From Octopus sinensis (lineage: Eukaryota): a DNA stretch of 64,000 nt. A program made the translations under genes and the position numbers. The stretch spans positions 42,222,001 through 42,286,000 of the forward strand of contig NC_043012.1 of assembly GCF_006345805.1 (NCBI RefSeq), given 5' to 3'. The notes below the pieces were generated by a model. That model was given only the letters and a program-made list of their open reading frames with translations. It was not told where the DNA came from and did no database searches. This document shows positions 41,420-55,718 of the stretch, piece by piece. Numbering within the stretch: the first letter of the stretch is position 1; each line of letters opens with the position of its first letter.

Positions 41420-42404
41420 AATTTGGCAGAAGACTATTATAAGGGAGGGTGTTAAATCAATTACATTGACCCAAGTGTTCAACTGGTACTTATCTTATTG
41501 ACCCCGAAAGGATGGAAGGCAAAGTCGACCACGGTGAAGGTAAAGAGCCTGAAGAAATGCCACTAAGCCGATAATAATAATCCTTTCTACTATAGGCACA
41601 AGGCCTGAAATTTTTGGGGCAGAGACTAGTCGATTACATTGACCCCAGTGTTTCACCCGTAGTTAATTTATCGACCCCAAAAGGATGAAAGGCAAAGTCG
41701 ACCTCAGAACGAAAGGCGAACGAAATGCTGCTAAGCATTTTGCCTGGCATGCAAACGATTCTGCCAGCTCCTGCTTCAGGCACAAGATCTGAAATTTTTG
41801 ATAGAGGAGGCTGACTACATCGTCCTAGACAGGATGAAAGGCAAATTCAGTGTCAGCAGAATTTGAACTCAGAAGATGAAATGCTACAAAGCATTTTGTC
41901 TGGTGTCTTAACAATTCTGCCAACTTGCTGCCTTCTTTAATAATAATAATAATAATGATGATGATGATGGTGATGATGATGAGAAATCATGTTGATTTCA
42001 ACATATGAGTGTTTGAAGGAAAGGATTAAAAATGAAAGTAAAAAAAAACGAAAAACAGATTTAAAAAAGCTGCATATATTTTGCTCTGAAGTCATAATAG
42101 GGAAAATGAGGATTTTGATTTTGCCTGGAATTAAACAAATGCATCTTTTGACTGCAGAATATAATTCTTTTGTTGTTCTATTTCTTACATTTTGGCACAA
42201 GGCCAGCAAATTCAGGAGAGTGGGGTAAGTTGATTACATCGATCCCACTGCTCAACTGGTACATATTTTATTGATCCCCGCAAAATGGATGAAAGGTAAA
42301 ATCAACTTCAACGGAATTTGAAATGAGAAAATAAAGATGGACAAAATGCCCCTGATGAGCTCACAATTCTGCCAGCTTGTCACCTTGATGATGATGATGA
42401 TTAC

Positions 42405-42442
<38 letters not shown>

Positions 42443-42790
42443 TAATAATAATGATAATGGTTTCAAATTTTGGCACAAGTTCAGGGGATTAAGTGAATTA
42501 CATTGGGTCCAGCTGTTCCTTTTTTCATTGGAACCCAAAAAACAAAAGGCAAAGTTGGGATTTGAACTCAGAACATGATTAAATGCTGCTAGGCATTTTG
42601 TCTGGATAACAATTCTTTCAAATTTTGGCAAAGGGGCCAGCAGTCATTGAGGGAGAGAAGGAAGTCAATTATATGCTTCCCCAGTACTTGACCGGTACTT
42701 CTTTTATCCTAAAATTTTAAGGGGAGGGGTCTAGTTGATTACATCGACCCCAGTGTGCAAGAGAAAGATAAAGACGAACTGCTGCTGCTA
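41420..42790 (-). mobile_element. Tandem cluster of Meta-like SINEs
   Basis: Repeated gaccccgaaaggatgaaaggcaaagtcgacc...gaatttgaactcag with (AAT)n linkers. Confidence 0.85.
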
Positions 42791-43495
42791 ATAATAATGA
42801 TAATGATGATGATGATAATTTCTTTGAATTAGACCCAAGGCTATTTATTATAAAGTAAGGTTGTTATAATTAATTGAATTAATTCAGCATTTTCTAGTCC
42901 ATGTAGTATTAAAAATCTCTAACCCCCACCCACCAAATTCTGGATGAACAAACACAAAATGAATTTAATTCCATTTTTGGGCAGAGAGGATCAAAATAAA
43001 AAATATAGAGAGACCTGTTTGTGCAACAGCAACAAAAAAACAGTAGCAACAGCAGCAGCAGAATGAAAGCAACATTTGAAAAATGGTTATGGAATACATG
43101 AAGCAGAATATAGGCTACATGTGTGGATGAAGAGAAATTAATTATGCTACATGTTAGTGCTTCAAATATCCATACTTCATGGGGGAAATATTTAATGCAT
43201 GTGTGTGTGTGTGTGTGCACATGGAGAATGTTTAGATTACATGTTGAGAAATAATTAGTTTATGTGTGAAGGAATCAAGGTAGCAAGAACTAAATTTAAG
43301 TCACATGAGATGGCAATAGCCAGACAACATGTGGTCCAGTTTCATGATGCAGAATATTTAGGTAAATAGCAGTATAAGATACTGAGAAATAGTCAAGCTG
43401 TAAGATATGCAAAAACATCTGAGCAACATGTAGAGAAATATCGAACACACATAAACACACGTGTATGTGTATTATCTATATGTGTATATACATAC

Positions 43496-43543
<48 letters not shown>

Positions 43544-45041
43544 AATAATACATGAGTTGAGGTGTTCACTATTGATGAACAAAAGTGTTACATCATGCAA
43601 AAAACACTTAGAATTTCTCACACAATGGAACATAATGCAAGACAGCCCTACCAACCAGTTTGTGGCTGGAAGAGTGAATAGCAGAAATTATTCCTAAATC
43701 GATATTAATGAACTTATTAAGGGACCGGAATAAGGTAAGGAAGTAGTGGGAGAAGATGAAGGAGAGATAAAAAAAGGAAGAAGGGGAAGACACAATATGA
43801 TCTACCATCATTAAAATGAAGATAAGATGAACGAAGTGTTGTAGATTAATATTGTGTGTGATAAGGACCCTATATTAAGGGGTCAAAAAAATGTTCAGCA
43901 TGTTCCCTTAGAAAAATGTATCTATTAAAACACTTGAGAATCTCCAACAAACACATAAATTCAACAAACGAGATTTTTTCTGTATGTCCATATTTCAGGA
44001 AATACATTTTGTTGGAATTTAAAATTAGACCACTGGACACTTGGTTTATGTCTGCTTGACATCAAATTATTGAATTATTGGTTTTTCTCCCTTATCTTTT
44101 TCTTCCTATCTTCTTTACAAGCATCTCTTGTTTAAATATTATCTGCTCAAAAGACAACTAACAATTGGCCTTGTTTTCAGCTTGATAAATGGTAGAATAA
44201 ACTATTATTTCAAAACTGGTCCCTTTGACTTTAAGTTTCCAGACTAAAGCCAAAAGGATTGTTGAATGTCTCTTTTCACATCATCTAAAATTTGAAAGTC
44301 TGTTGTTATAACCCAATTTAAATTTTCCTTCATTCAGAGACATATGGAAGGTCCATATGTATGGATCTGGAGCCCATAGCCAACTGTAGATTATGTGCAG
44401 TGAGTGCACTCACATGTGACCTTGAAGATACATTGCATATTCTGTCAGTATTTGTGGATGTGTACATAACTGGAAGGACAAATCCATATTTATTTTAGTA
44501 AATACATATATGTCAGTAGACATTGTACATTAGTGCACTATCTCTTACCTTACCTTGGTACTTTTACTATTTAAATACCTGATTCTATTGATCCTGAAAA
44601 TTTTATTTTATATATATACACACACACACACACATATATATGTATAAAACTTATGTATAGATATATGCGTGTAGCAGTGTAGTAAGAAATTTGCTTCCCA
44701 ACCACATGGAACTTGATTCAGTCCCATTGTGTGGCATCTTGGGCATGTATCTGCTATTATAGTGCCACGTTCACTAAAGCATGACAGAAACTGAGAGAAA
44801 CCAATCATGTGTGTATGTGTCTTTGTGCTTGTCCCTGCCACTGCCTGACAACCATTGTGGTTTCTTTGCATTTTCATTACTTGGACATTTGGCAAAAGAG
44901 ACTGACAGCGTAAGGACCAGGCTTTAAGAGAAAAAGCACTGGAGTTGATCTTCCATCTGACTAAAACCACTAAAGACCACAGTACCACAGAATGAATGAA
45001 GTCCAACAGCTGAAACAAGTAACTATAACTATGTGTGTGTG

Positions 45042-45072
<31 letters not shown>

Positions 45073-45544
45073 GTGTATATATATATATATATATGTGTGT
45101 GTGTATATATATATATATATATGTGTGTGTGTATATATATATATAGTATATATATAACAGTTTTAGTTGAATGAGTCAACGCCATGATTTAATGACCTTT
45201 TTCCCATGCTGACATGGGTTGGACAGCTCGACAAGACAGGGCTCCACCAGGTTCCATGTCCACTTTGGCATGGTTTCTACAGCTGGATGCCCTGCCTAAT
45301 GCTAGCCACTTAACAGGGTGGACTGGATGCTTTTTATATGGTACCAGCCATGGGTTTTGCAGTAAATCACTAAATCATCCATAATTTTTGTATTATCCTC
45401 TCAAATTACACCAAAATCTCAGGCAATAACAAATAATATCGTATTTATTGTCTGTGAAAATTATAGAATATAAAACAACTTTGATAAAAAATTATATCTA
45501 CTTTTCTGACGAAAACAATGTCGTTCTGAACATTTTGGCCGCAA

Positions 45545-45582
<38 letters not shown>

Positions 45583-45587
45583 TCACA

Positions 45588-45696
45588 GACTTGTGGTACA
45601 TGTAACCACTCATATTGCTAACCAGAGATAATCCTTCGCTGCTGATTATCTCCCTTCAGCAATATAAACCTGAGGGCTTTATACACATCACAAGTC
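45588..45696. repeat. Small palindromic element
   Basis: Nested stems gacttgtg/cacaagtc, atattgct/agcaatat and gagataatc/gattatctc. Confidence 0.6.
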
Positions 45697-45934
45697 CGAT
45701 ATAAAAGCTCCTCTCATGGTCACTATTGCGGTGTTCTAACACAACATCCACTTTTAAGAAGGGATAACTATCACCTTTTGGCCTTAACACGGCTTCTGTC
45801 GCTATTAATTACTTTTTAATAATCCCACTTATATATAAGCACAGGAAGTAGTGCATAAATGGCTGCACGACCAGCCATATTCCTTCTTCTCTGATGGGAG
45901 AAGTAAGTTTGTATTCTCCTGGAAGAAGTGCATA

Positions 45935-46446
45935 TCTATATATATAAAACTGTAGTTGTGTGAGTGTCTGTCCCCTTCGATTTAGATTCCTAATTCCTCC
46001 CACATTTTGCGGTGCAGTTTAACCAAATTCGGGTATCTTATAGTCGTGATTCATATCGAGCCCGTCTGAGTATTAGCACGCGTCTACGATGAGTCTACGA
46101 TTTTAAAAATAATTTAACATCATTTTTTATTCATTTTAATGCATAATTTTTCGTGTGTCGATGGCGGCGGAATTGGCGTCCATGGTCACACCTGCACCTG
46201 TTTACTTCTCCCCCTTCTTCCCTCCCTCGTGAAGCTGTGGGGAAGGGAGTGTAAGGAAATCAACGTCGTAAAGCGTTGTCAAGGAGACCAGCGTTCTTTT
46301 AGAACAACGACTTCATGGCTTGAAGACACCAAAACAGAAATGGCTAAGAAAGCCTGAATTGGCATCTATAAGGGAAGTAACTCTCTAAAAATGCTTATAT
46401 AGTTATTTCCCTTACAAACCCGAGCAACGCCGAGCGATACTGCTAG
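45935..46446 (+). mobile_element. Non-autonomous Helitron, copy 1
   Basis: A|TC start; cccgagcaacgccgag hairpin; CTAG end. Confidence 0.9.
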
Positions 46447-47069
46447 TCTATATATATAAAAGTGAGGTTGTGTGCTGTCTGTCTCCTACGATTTAGATTC
46501 CTAACTACTCCCACATTTTGCGGTGCAGTTTAACCAAATTCGGGTATCTTATAGTCGTGATTCATATCGAGCCCGTCTGGGTATTAGCGCGCGTCTAAGA
46601 TGAGTCTACGATTTTTAAAATAATTTATCATAATTTTTTTCCATTTTAACGCATATTTTTTCGTGTGTCGATGGCGGTGGAGTTAGCGTCCATGCTCACA
46701 CCTGCACCCGTGTTGCTTCTCCCCCTTCTTCCCTCCCTCGTAAAGTGTGACTGCGCATGCGCGAACGTGTGACTGTGCATGCGCAGTCACACTTTCGTGC
46801 ATGCGCACGCACACGTCCGTGCATACGCAGTCACACTTTCGCGCATGCGCAGCCACTTTCGTGCATACGCAGTCACACTTTTGTGCATGCGCAACCACAC
46901 TTTCGTGCATGCGCAGTCACACATTTGCACGCAAACTTTCGCACACGTGCATTTACACTTTCGCACATGCGCAGTCACACGTTCGGGCATGCGCAGTCAC
47001 ACGTACGCGCATGCGCATGCACACGTTCGTGCATGCACAGTCGCACTTTCGCGCATGCGCACGCACAAA
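46447..47069 (+). mobile_element. Helitron copy 2 (no own 3' terminator; carries a minisatellite)
   Basis: Starts TCtatatatataaaagtgagg immediately after the CTAG of copy 1. Confidence 0.85.
46743..47066. repeat. About 22-bp GC-rich minisatellite (gcatgcgcagtcacactttcgt)
   Basis: Seen directly; first units are inverted. Confidence 0.9.
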
Positions 47070-47466
47070 TCTTTATATATAAAAGTGAAGTTGTGTGTCT
47101 GTCTCCTACGATTTAGATTCCTAACTACTCCCACATTTTGCGGTGCAGTTTAACAAAAACTGGGTATCTTATAGTCGTGATTCATATCGAGCCCTTCTGG
47201 GTATTAGCACGCGTCTACAATGAGTCTACGATTTTAAAAATAATTTACCATCATTTTTTTCCATTTTAATGCATTTTTTTTGCTATTATATAAGGGAAGT
47301 AACTCTCTAAAAATGTCTACGATGAGTCAACGATTTAAAAAAAATTTACTATAATTTTTTTTCCATTTTTAATGCATTTTTTTGGTATTTTTTGGCTATA
47401 ACTCTCTAAAAATGCTTTATAGTTATTTCCCTTACAAACCCGAGCAACGCCGGGCGATACTGCTAG
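47070..47466 (+). mobile_element. Non-autonomous Helitron, copy 3
   Basis: A|TCtttatatataaaagtgaag start; cccgagcaacgccggg hairpin; CTAG|T end. Confidence 0.9.
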
Positions 47467-47523
47467 TACGTTATATACATATTATATGTGTGTATGTGTG
47501 TGTGTGTGTATGCATATATACAT

Positions 47524-47572
<49 letters not shown>

Positions 47573-48531
47573 TACATATGTATTCTCATTCCACTCACCT
47601 AACCAATAGAGAGAGTAATACAAGTAGCATGTTTTGTTTTGTTTTCGTTGGCATTAGTGTGTGTGTGTATGCATGGAAGGGTATTTGAAATGGCTTAGTA
47701 CTCTATCCAGGGGTGGATGTGTGTGTGTGTTTGAGATTTGTTTCTATGAGAACTGGAGTGAGAAGTGGATGTGCCAATGGATGTTTCAGGATTCAATAAA
47801 AAGCTGGGAGTGAGCTTTGAAACAACAATAACATTAACAACAGCAACAATAATAAATAGCAACAGTAATTGGTCAAAAAGCACAGGCATGAATGCCATAA
47901 ATTCAGCATCAAAATAATCAAATAAAAAAAAGTAAAAAAAGAAAATATTTAATAAACAATTTCAGGATTAAATCAGTTTTAGCAGCAAAAACAATCCCGA
48001 AATAAGCTTTTGTGTTTTTTATGTTGTAATTATTGAGTAATATACTATTTAGGGCTATGAGGGTTTGAGGGGGAGAGGGGTTACTTTTAAAAAGTAGAAT
48101 CATAGGTTCAAATCTCACTTCACTTACAGTAGTTGATTTCCTGTGTGTGTGTGTGTGTGTGTGTGTACACACACACACACATATATATATATATATGCTT
48201 GCATGCATTAGACAGGGCATTGTCTTACTGCCCTTCCTATAGATAACCCCTATCTAGTTTTCAAGTAAAGGAGCCCTTCTTCAAAGGCATGACAATTTAA
48301 TGGCAGAAGTGACAGCACGCACGCACACATCTCACTATGTTCATTTATTTCAGTGACAAAGTCCCCTTGTCATCTGAATCAATGCACAAAGTGTGACATT
48401 CCATGGAGTGATGGAGTGGAAGCAACAAGCAAAAAACATTGCCCTCCATCTATTCAGTACTCTTTCTACCAATTGCATATCCAAATGAGCACACACACAT
48501 AAATATAAGTACATATATGTGTGTGAGTAAA

Positions 48532-48569
<38 letters not shown>

Positions 48570-49029
48570 AACAGCTGTAATTTGCTTTACTGATATGGTT
48601 TTTGAGGAATGGGTGGAACCCTAACCGTCCATTGTGTGATTGTAATGTATATACACTATGTTGTGTGTATGCTCTTGTGCAATATTGTATATGCCATAAT
48701 ATGTATGTGTATGAGAGTGTGTGTGTGTGTGTGTGTTTGTGTATAAGACTAAGAACACATATATAAATATGTGTGCAAGTGTGTAAATGAAAAACATGGC
48801 AGCTAAATAACAAAGATGCGTTTCAAAAGATCAGGTGAAATGTGTCCAACATTGTAGAAACAGGCAGAACAGACTAAAGGAGTGACATGCATTTGAATAT
48901 ATTTAAGAGCGGTTGAGTGCTGAACAAGAGAGAAAAGGTATGGCAGAGATGAAAAGTAGAAGGAGGGAGATCAGGCATGAAACAGCAGTGAATTACATCA
49001 AAACCTGGGTCTCACAAACAAACAACAGC

Positions 49030-50050
49030 AACAAGGATTTCTTTCATTGCCATGATGCTAGAAATTTATAGGGCGGCGTGGGGTGGGATGGACTTTCTAG
49101 TCATTTGAGCTGAAGGATGGATTACAATCTCGAACCATGGGGATTTGAACTCAGAGCCTAAAGAGTCATAGCTAAATATAGAATGCATCACTCTACAATT
49201 TCTGATACTCCACTGGCCAGATAATAGCAATAATAATGGTCTCACATTTAGAGAGAGAGTACATTAAGCTGAGTACATTGATCTTAGTACTCGATTGATA
49301 TTTTATTTCAGCAACATAAAAAGGATGAAGGGTGAAGTTGACATTGGGTGGGATTTCAACTCATCACAAGACTTTATTTTTGATGCTCTACCCATTCAGT
49401 CGATCCACTACTCTTGATTTCTACTTTGGGCACAATGCCAGTAATTTTGAAGGAAGACGGTTAATCAACAGCATTAACCCCAGTATTTGATTGGTTCTTT
49501 ATTTCATCAAACTCCAGAGTGATGAAAGGCAAAGATTGACCTTGGTAAGATTAATAATAATAACAATGATTTCAAATTTTGGCACAAGGCCAGCAGTTTC
49601 AGGGCAGGGTTAAGTCAGTTACATTAAGCCCAGCACTCAACTGCTATTTTTTTTCGTTGACCCCAAAACGATGCAAGGCAAAGTTAACCTCAACAGAATT
49701 TGTACTGAGATTGTGGAGATGGACAAAAAGGCTGCTGAGCATTCTGCCTGACATGCTAATGATTCTGCCGCTTTCTAATTTTGACAAATGGGCAGCAATT
49801 CTGAGGGGAAAAAGAGAAAATCAATTTACTTCAACATTTTGTCCAACATGCTAAAGATTGTTCCAGTTCACTGCCTTAATGATAATAATAATCTTTAACA
49901 TAGGCATGAGGTCAGAAATTTGGGGGAAGGAAAAAGTTGATTATATAAAGCCCAATTCTTACTGGTACATATTTTAACAACCTCCCTCAATCCTGGAAGG
50001 ATGAAAGGTAAAGTTGATCTGAGCTGTAACCAAACTCAACTTAAAGAGAC
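49030..50050 (-). mobile_element. Cluster of degenerate Meta-like SINEs
   Basis: Repeated ggatgaaaggcaaag(t)tgac motifs with (AAT)n linkers. Confidence 0.7.
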
Positions 50051-52052
50051 ATAACTATTATTACAACTATTAATTAATAATAATGACCCTTTAACAGAGT
50101 AGAAATATATTGTTAGTTGAATTGACTCCTGGTATTTATTTTATCTTTTGAAAGGGTTACTGACAGCAGGCAGAAAACTAGGGGCTTACTTATGCATTTA
50201 AATTAACACACTGGCCACAAATGTGATGTGTGAACATTGTCTCTAATTAACTTAATACTAAAACGCCCAGAGACTGTCCCTGGTTCTGTGATACAAACTT
50301 CATTTTAAAATGATCTCAAAAGCTTCCATCGAAATTTCATGTTAATTTAAGTTACAAACACCAGCTTAAAAATGAAACAAAGTTGTTAAAAATTAACTTA
50401 TGCAAAAGACTGTATATTTCAATAGAAATATGGGACCAAAAATGTTAAATATCTTTGATCTGTTCTTGTATAGCGCCAGGTCATCTCCAATCAAACAGAT
50501 CTGTGATGAGAATCCTTCCAGTTGTGTCTTTTGCTTTGATCTAGGACTACATTAACTGGAGTGTCTTTTCTAGTTTTTAAAAGATATTAAGGTGTGATAT
50601 TAATGGAGATTTTGCTATTTTTAGCAGGTCAAGTGCCATGCAAAGGCTCCCTCATGGTTTTATGAAACGTGGTTCCATAGTTGAGAAATATCAGAGTGGA
50701 CTGCTTGTTCTACATCAAACCAAAGAAGTAACTACTTATAGGTCTTGTGATCATCAATATGAGAAGCAGGGAAAATATGAAGATAAAGAGAAAGAAGAAT
50801 CACAAGACAGGTGAAGAAGAAAGAAACTGGAGAAAGTAGTTTCAAATCCCATTGTTTCTAAGAACATTGAAATCCAGAAATCATTCTTGCTTAAATTACA
50901 AAATCAAAACAAAAAAAGGAAATTTTAATCACACAAACAAAATATGTATTTTACACAGACACATATACATATACATATACACATTTACACACACACATAT
51001 ATATAACTCAATATATATAAATGTATATCTTAAGCATAAATAAGGAAAAAAGATTCTAGAGAAATTTTTTTTTCTTTTTTTACATTTTAAATACATTTTT
51101 CTTCTTAAAGAAAATTGCACCAGGTGCTGCATGCACAAACACTTCTACAAGATGCTGCACAGTTAGATTCCTCAATGAAATGCTGCATGCATGAAATATT
51201 TCTACCAGATGCCACATGCACAGACAATTCAACAAGGAGACTACATGGTCAGAAGATAACTGATCCTAATTGGGAGGCCAAATCAAATTGGAACAAAAAC
51301 TGTAACAGATTTTCTTGCATTAAACAGGGGGGAAAAACAATCAATATAAAAAAAAAAAGAAATCACAAAAACGACCCCTAAATAATTCTTCAACAAAAAG
51401 GGAGATTTTGATTCAAAGTATGACACCTTCATTATGTATCATTTTTCTTTTATGTTTCAATTTTATTTTCTAGTTTGAAATTTCAATCTTTTTTTTTTAA
51501 GGATGGAGATATTTTTTCGGAGTGTTTTTTAGGAAAACTAAAAATGGATGGAGTAAGGCAGGAGAAAGAACTCTCACTTTTTTTTTTTTCAGAAAAATAT
51601 ATAACTTCACAGATCACTTTAAAATTTATATTAGAATTAATGAACCAACATTCAGCTTCTAAAATTTTTTTTCAAAGAAATTAATTAAAAAAATATAACA
51701 AACAGATTAATTTGTTACCCATCCACTGAGTCTGGTTAAAGAAACTATGTCAAATTTAGTTTGGAAAAACATCAAACTTCAAAACATTCATAAGAGAAAT
51801 TAAATCTGGAATTAAAAATGAAACATATATTGAAAACTGAACTAAAATGGAAATGAATAAAAAAAATTTCTATCTTTGTTTTGATTAATTCAATTTTGGC
51901 ATCTCAGTTTTTTAAATTTCTTCTTTCAGATTATTATTAGTGTTGTGATTAACCTTATTATCATTATTATTATCATTATTATTATTATCATTATCATTAT
52001 TATTATTATGATCATCATTATTATCATTATTATTATTATTATTATTATTATT

Positions 52053-53036
52053 ACTGAGTGAGAGAGCAGTGCATGCCATCAAAGTATACACATCATGACT
52101 ACCCGTCTGATAAGGGTACACCAGGCACATGCATCACAACCATATGTGCGTGACATGGTGATCTCATATCAAGATAAACAGCACATGACCTTGCAGGTCA
52201 GGCCCCGTTAGAATTTTCTTCTGATCGAGTAGCCCATCCCACTCAAAAGGTCCCTGAATAAGGTTTGTTTAAGAATTTTGAATGAAATACCCATGTTTCC
52301 AGAGTTGAATTATTCAAACCCCAAAGAATTCCTCTCAACACATGGCTATGATGCTCCCCCACTACTTCTGCTCGTGATCAGAGATGCACATATCATCAGC
52401 CACTAAGGGACATGCTCAACTGGTTAAGGTCAAACAACTGACAAGTAAATCTGTGGTATTGAGCAGAATATTTGCTGTCGCCCATCTTTTATACCAAGAC
52501 AAAACAATGTACATGATTGACCTCCTGGAATCTGTCCAGAGACGTGCAACCAAACGCATACCCTCCATCAGACACCTACCATATTCTGAGCGCCTTGTTT
52601 CCCTGGGCATGGATTCACTGAAGCTCCGGCGTTTGGCGACGGACTTGGTAAACACCCACAAAGTTATCAACCACCTCACCAACAACAACACTGAACACCT
52701 TTTTGATCTCCATGTGTCTAACACACGTGGACATGCCTACAAAGTCAGAAAACAATACAGCTCCCATGACTTTCGGAAACATTTTTTCACGCTCAGAGTT
52801 GCTGAAGCATGGAATAAACTGCCTGCGTCAGTTGTTGACTGCCATGACACTGCATCTTTTAAGGCCCTCATGCTTTCCGAAATCCGCCGAAACTACACCT
52901 GATTATATATACACTTTAGATGAGTTGTAGTGCACCTGAGCACTGTACACAATTATTATTATTATTATTATTATAACATTTCTAATCAGTTATGATCAGA
53001 AGCCATGAGAGCCACTGCCTGGTACTGCATGAGGGT
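52053..53036 (-). mobile_element. R4/Dong-like derived repeat sitting in (ATT)n, interrupted by a CR1 fragment
   Basis: (ATT)n on both flanks; the minus strand has a decayed C..C...E.I.H...GC...A...Y..RH-like zinc-knuckle region. Confidence 0.5.
52516..52974 (+). mobile_element. 5'-truncated CR1/L2-type LINE
   Basis: LESVQRRATKRIP...YSERL...SLKLRRL...TRGH..K...RKHFFTLRVAEAWNKLP; (ATT)n tail. Confidence 0.9.
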
Positions 53037-53055
53037 ATTTATTATTATTATTATT

Positions 53056-53198
53056 ATAAGGTTGTCCCAAAAGTTCGTAGAAAGTCTTGGAAAATAATGG
53101 TCTTTATTTGGAGGAATAATTTTTGTTGTTTTTGTTAGTACTTGGCGAGTAAAAATTCAATTTTCGCAAGTGTTTACGAACTTTTGGGACAACGTAAT
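53056..53198. mobile_element. Mariner-type MITE
   Basis: TIRs gttgtcccaaaagttcgta / tacgaacttttgggacaac. Confidence 0.8.
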
Positions 53199-53259
53199 AT
53201 TATTATTACTATTATTACTATTATTATTATTATTATCATTATTATTATTATTATTATTA

Positions 53260-54640
53260 AGACAGTGGGCTGGTAGTTACGTTAGCATACTAGATGAAAT
53301 GCTTAGTAGTATTTTGCCCATCACTGCATACTGAGTTCAAATGCAACTAGGGTCGACTTTGCCTTTCAAGGTTGATAAAATAAGTACCAGTCATGTACTG
53401 GGGTCGATGTAACTGACTAGATCCCTCCCCCAAATTTCAGGCCTTGTTCCTATAGTTGAAAGGATTTATATTATTGTTATTAACAATCCTTTCTACTATA
53501 GGTGCATGGCCTGGAATTTATGGGGAGGAGGACAGTCGATCACATTGACCCCAGTACTTGACTTAATTTATCCACCCTGTAAAGATGAAAGGCAAAGTCA
53601 ACCTTGGCAGAATTTGAACACAGAACATAGCGACAGGCAAAATACCACTAAGCAATTTGCCCAGCATGCTAACAATTCTGCCAGCTTGCCACCTTAATAA
53701 TAATAATAATTCTTTCTCCTATAGGCACAGGGCCTGAAGTTTGTGGGGTGGGATTTAGTCTATTTCTTTGACTCCAGTGCATAACTGGTACTTATTTCAT
53801 TGACCTTGAAAGGGTGAAAGGCAAAATTGACCTTGGCGGAATTTGAACTCCACCTTAATAATAATAATAATAATAATAATAGTAAGAGGGCAGTGAACTG
53901 GCTAAATTGTTAGTGTGCTGGACAAAATGCTTAGCACCTATTCTTCCAGCCAAGGTTGACTTTGTCTTAGATTCTTTTGAAGTTGATAAAATGGTACCAG
54001 TTGAACACTGGGGTCAATGTTATTGACTTAAAACACTCCTTTAAAATCGCTGACCTTCATCCAAAATTTGAAACCATAATTATTATTGCAACAGCAGAGT
54101 GTAGCTGAATCAGTACAGCCCTGATAAAATGTATTCTGGAGGTTAATAAAATAAGCACCGGTCAAGTATAGAAGTCAATCGAATCAACTCCCAAACTTTG
54201 GTCCCTGAAATTTTATGGCCTGGCATCTATGTTTGAAATTCTGGCAATGGGTGGCAGACTGGTTCAAGGATTGGTCAGGATGATATCAGTTGCAGTTCGT
54301 TTATAACCACAGTTGAAATACTGTAGAAGTCAACATTGCCATTTTTTCTTCTTGTGTCCATAAAATGAAATATCAATAAAATACTGGGGTTGGTTTAATC
54401 CCCTAACCCTTTCTACTGAATTTGTGGCTTTGAACTGATGTTAGAATGAACAGCAAAATGGCTCCATTGTTAGAATGTCAAATAAAACATCTTCTTTCAG
54501 ATTCTAATGCTCTGGGTTCAAATTTCCCTGCAGTCAACTTTGCATTTTTCATCCTTCAAGAGATTATAAAGTATCAATATTGATAAGTACCATTTAGTGA
54601 CCAACTCTTAATTTTTGTGGCTTTGTACCTATATCAGAAA
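53260..54640. mobile_element. Cluster of Meta-like SINEs in both orientations
   Basis: Plus copies 53260-53465 and 53885-54640; minus copies 53485-53860. Confidence 0.8.
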
Positions 54641-55091
54641 CAATTATAATTATTTTTGTCATAGACTTCATGTTGGAATTGCAGATTTTGTACCGTATTC
54701 CTAACAAAGAATCTGTGAATTAACTTTGAAAATTTTCTAATTTTAACTAAACCACTTTTTCCTTTTTTTTTTTTTTGGAGGTGGAGAGGGTTAGCAAAAT
54801 CGAGAGGTTTCAAAAGTCCCAAATATTCTCACCTTTTAACTTAGCCCAATGCCTCCTACCTCCACTACAAAAATTAACTGATTTACTATTTAAAAATTTT
54901 CAAACTTGAAAATAAAAAACAACAGAGTTTAAAAATGAAGAATACGGAGTTGAATCTTGAATCAAAATATTCCCTCATTGCACCTAAAACTAGGTGAGCA
55001 TATGCCAAAAAAAAAAAACCAAAAAACAAAAACTAATTAATGCTTTATCCCCCTTCACCCCATTCAAAAATAAAGGTGAAAGGTCACCTAC

Positions 55092-55348
55092 CCTGGCTGT
55101 CCAGAACCACTTTGACTCATTGAGCTATCACTGCTGTCTGTACAACAGCTCGAGTTCATGCGGCTGACACCACCACTACCACCACCACTATTACGACTTC
55201 CACCAGAACCACCACCACCACCACCAACACCACCACCAACACCACCACCACTACTGCCACTGTTGCTGCTGACCAGTGCACTCACTGCAATGTCTGATGA
55301 ACTGCCTGCTCCTCCACTGGTGCTGTACATGCTTGGGTGGCGGCGTTC
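55092..55348 (-). CDS. Putative internal coding exon, Gly/Ser-rich (ERRHPSMYSTSGGAGSSSD...SQSGSGQP)
   Basis: Long upstream pyrimidine tract; acceptors caacag (55349-50) or caaag (55356-57); donor GG|gtaggt; open frame; phase-2 end matches exon 24905-25049. Confidence 0.7.
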
Positions 55349-55718
55349 CTGTTGCCTTTGATTTCCACAGAGAGAAGCGGTAGAGGTTGAAGACGAAAAA
55401 TTCGAGGAGATTTGGAGGACAACAAAGAGAGGAAAACAACGCAAAATAAGAAGAAAAACAAAGAGCAGAACAACAGTGAAATAGTGAGAGTGAGGATAAC
55501 AAGGACAATGAAATGATGTTGGTGGTGTAGGCAGTGAAAAGAAAGACTGATGTTGACAGAAACAAGAATGAGAGAGAGAAAGACAAGACATAATCATTGT
55601 GAGAGAGAATAAAGAGATGGAAGGAGACAAAGGGAGAGTCCAGTGATGAAGAGAGTTGAGATGGGATAATGAACATCTGAAAGATTAGGAATCAACATTA
55701 TATCAATATATATACATA

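Noticed and set aside
45495-45548. CTGACGA motif as a hammerhead
   Set aside because: No GAAA or helix III; sequence resembles a Tc1-type terminal repeat
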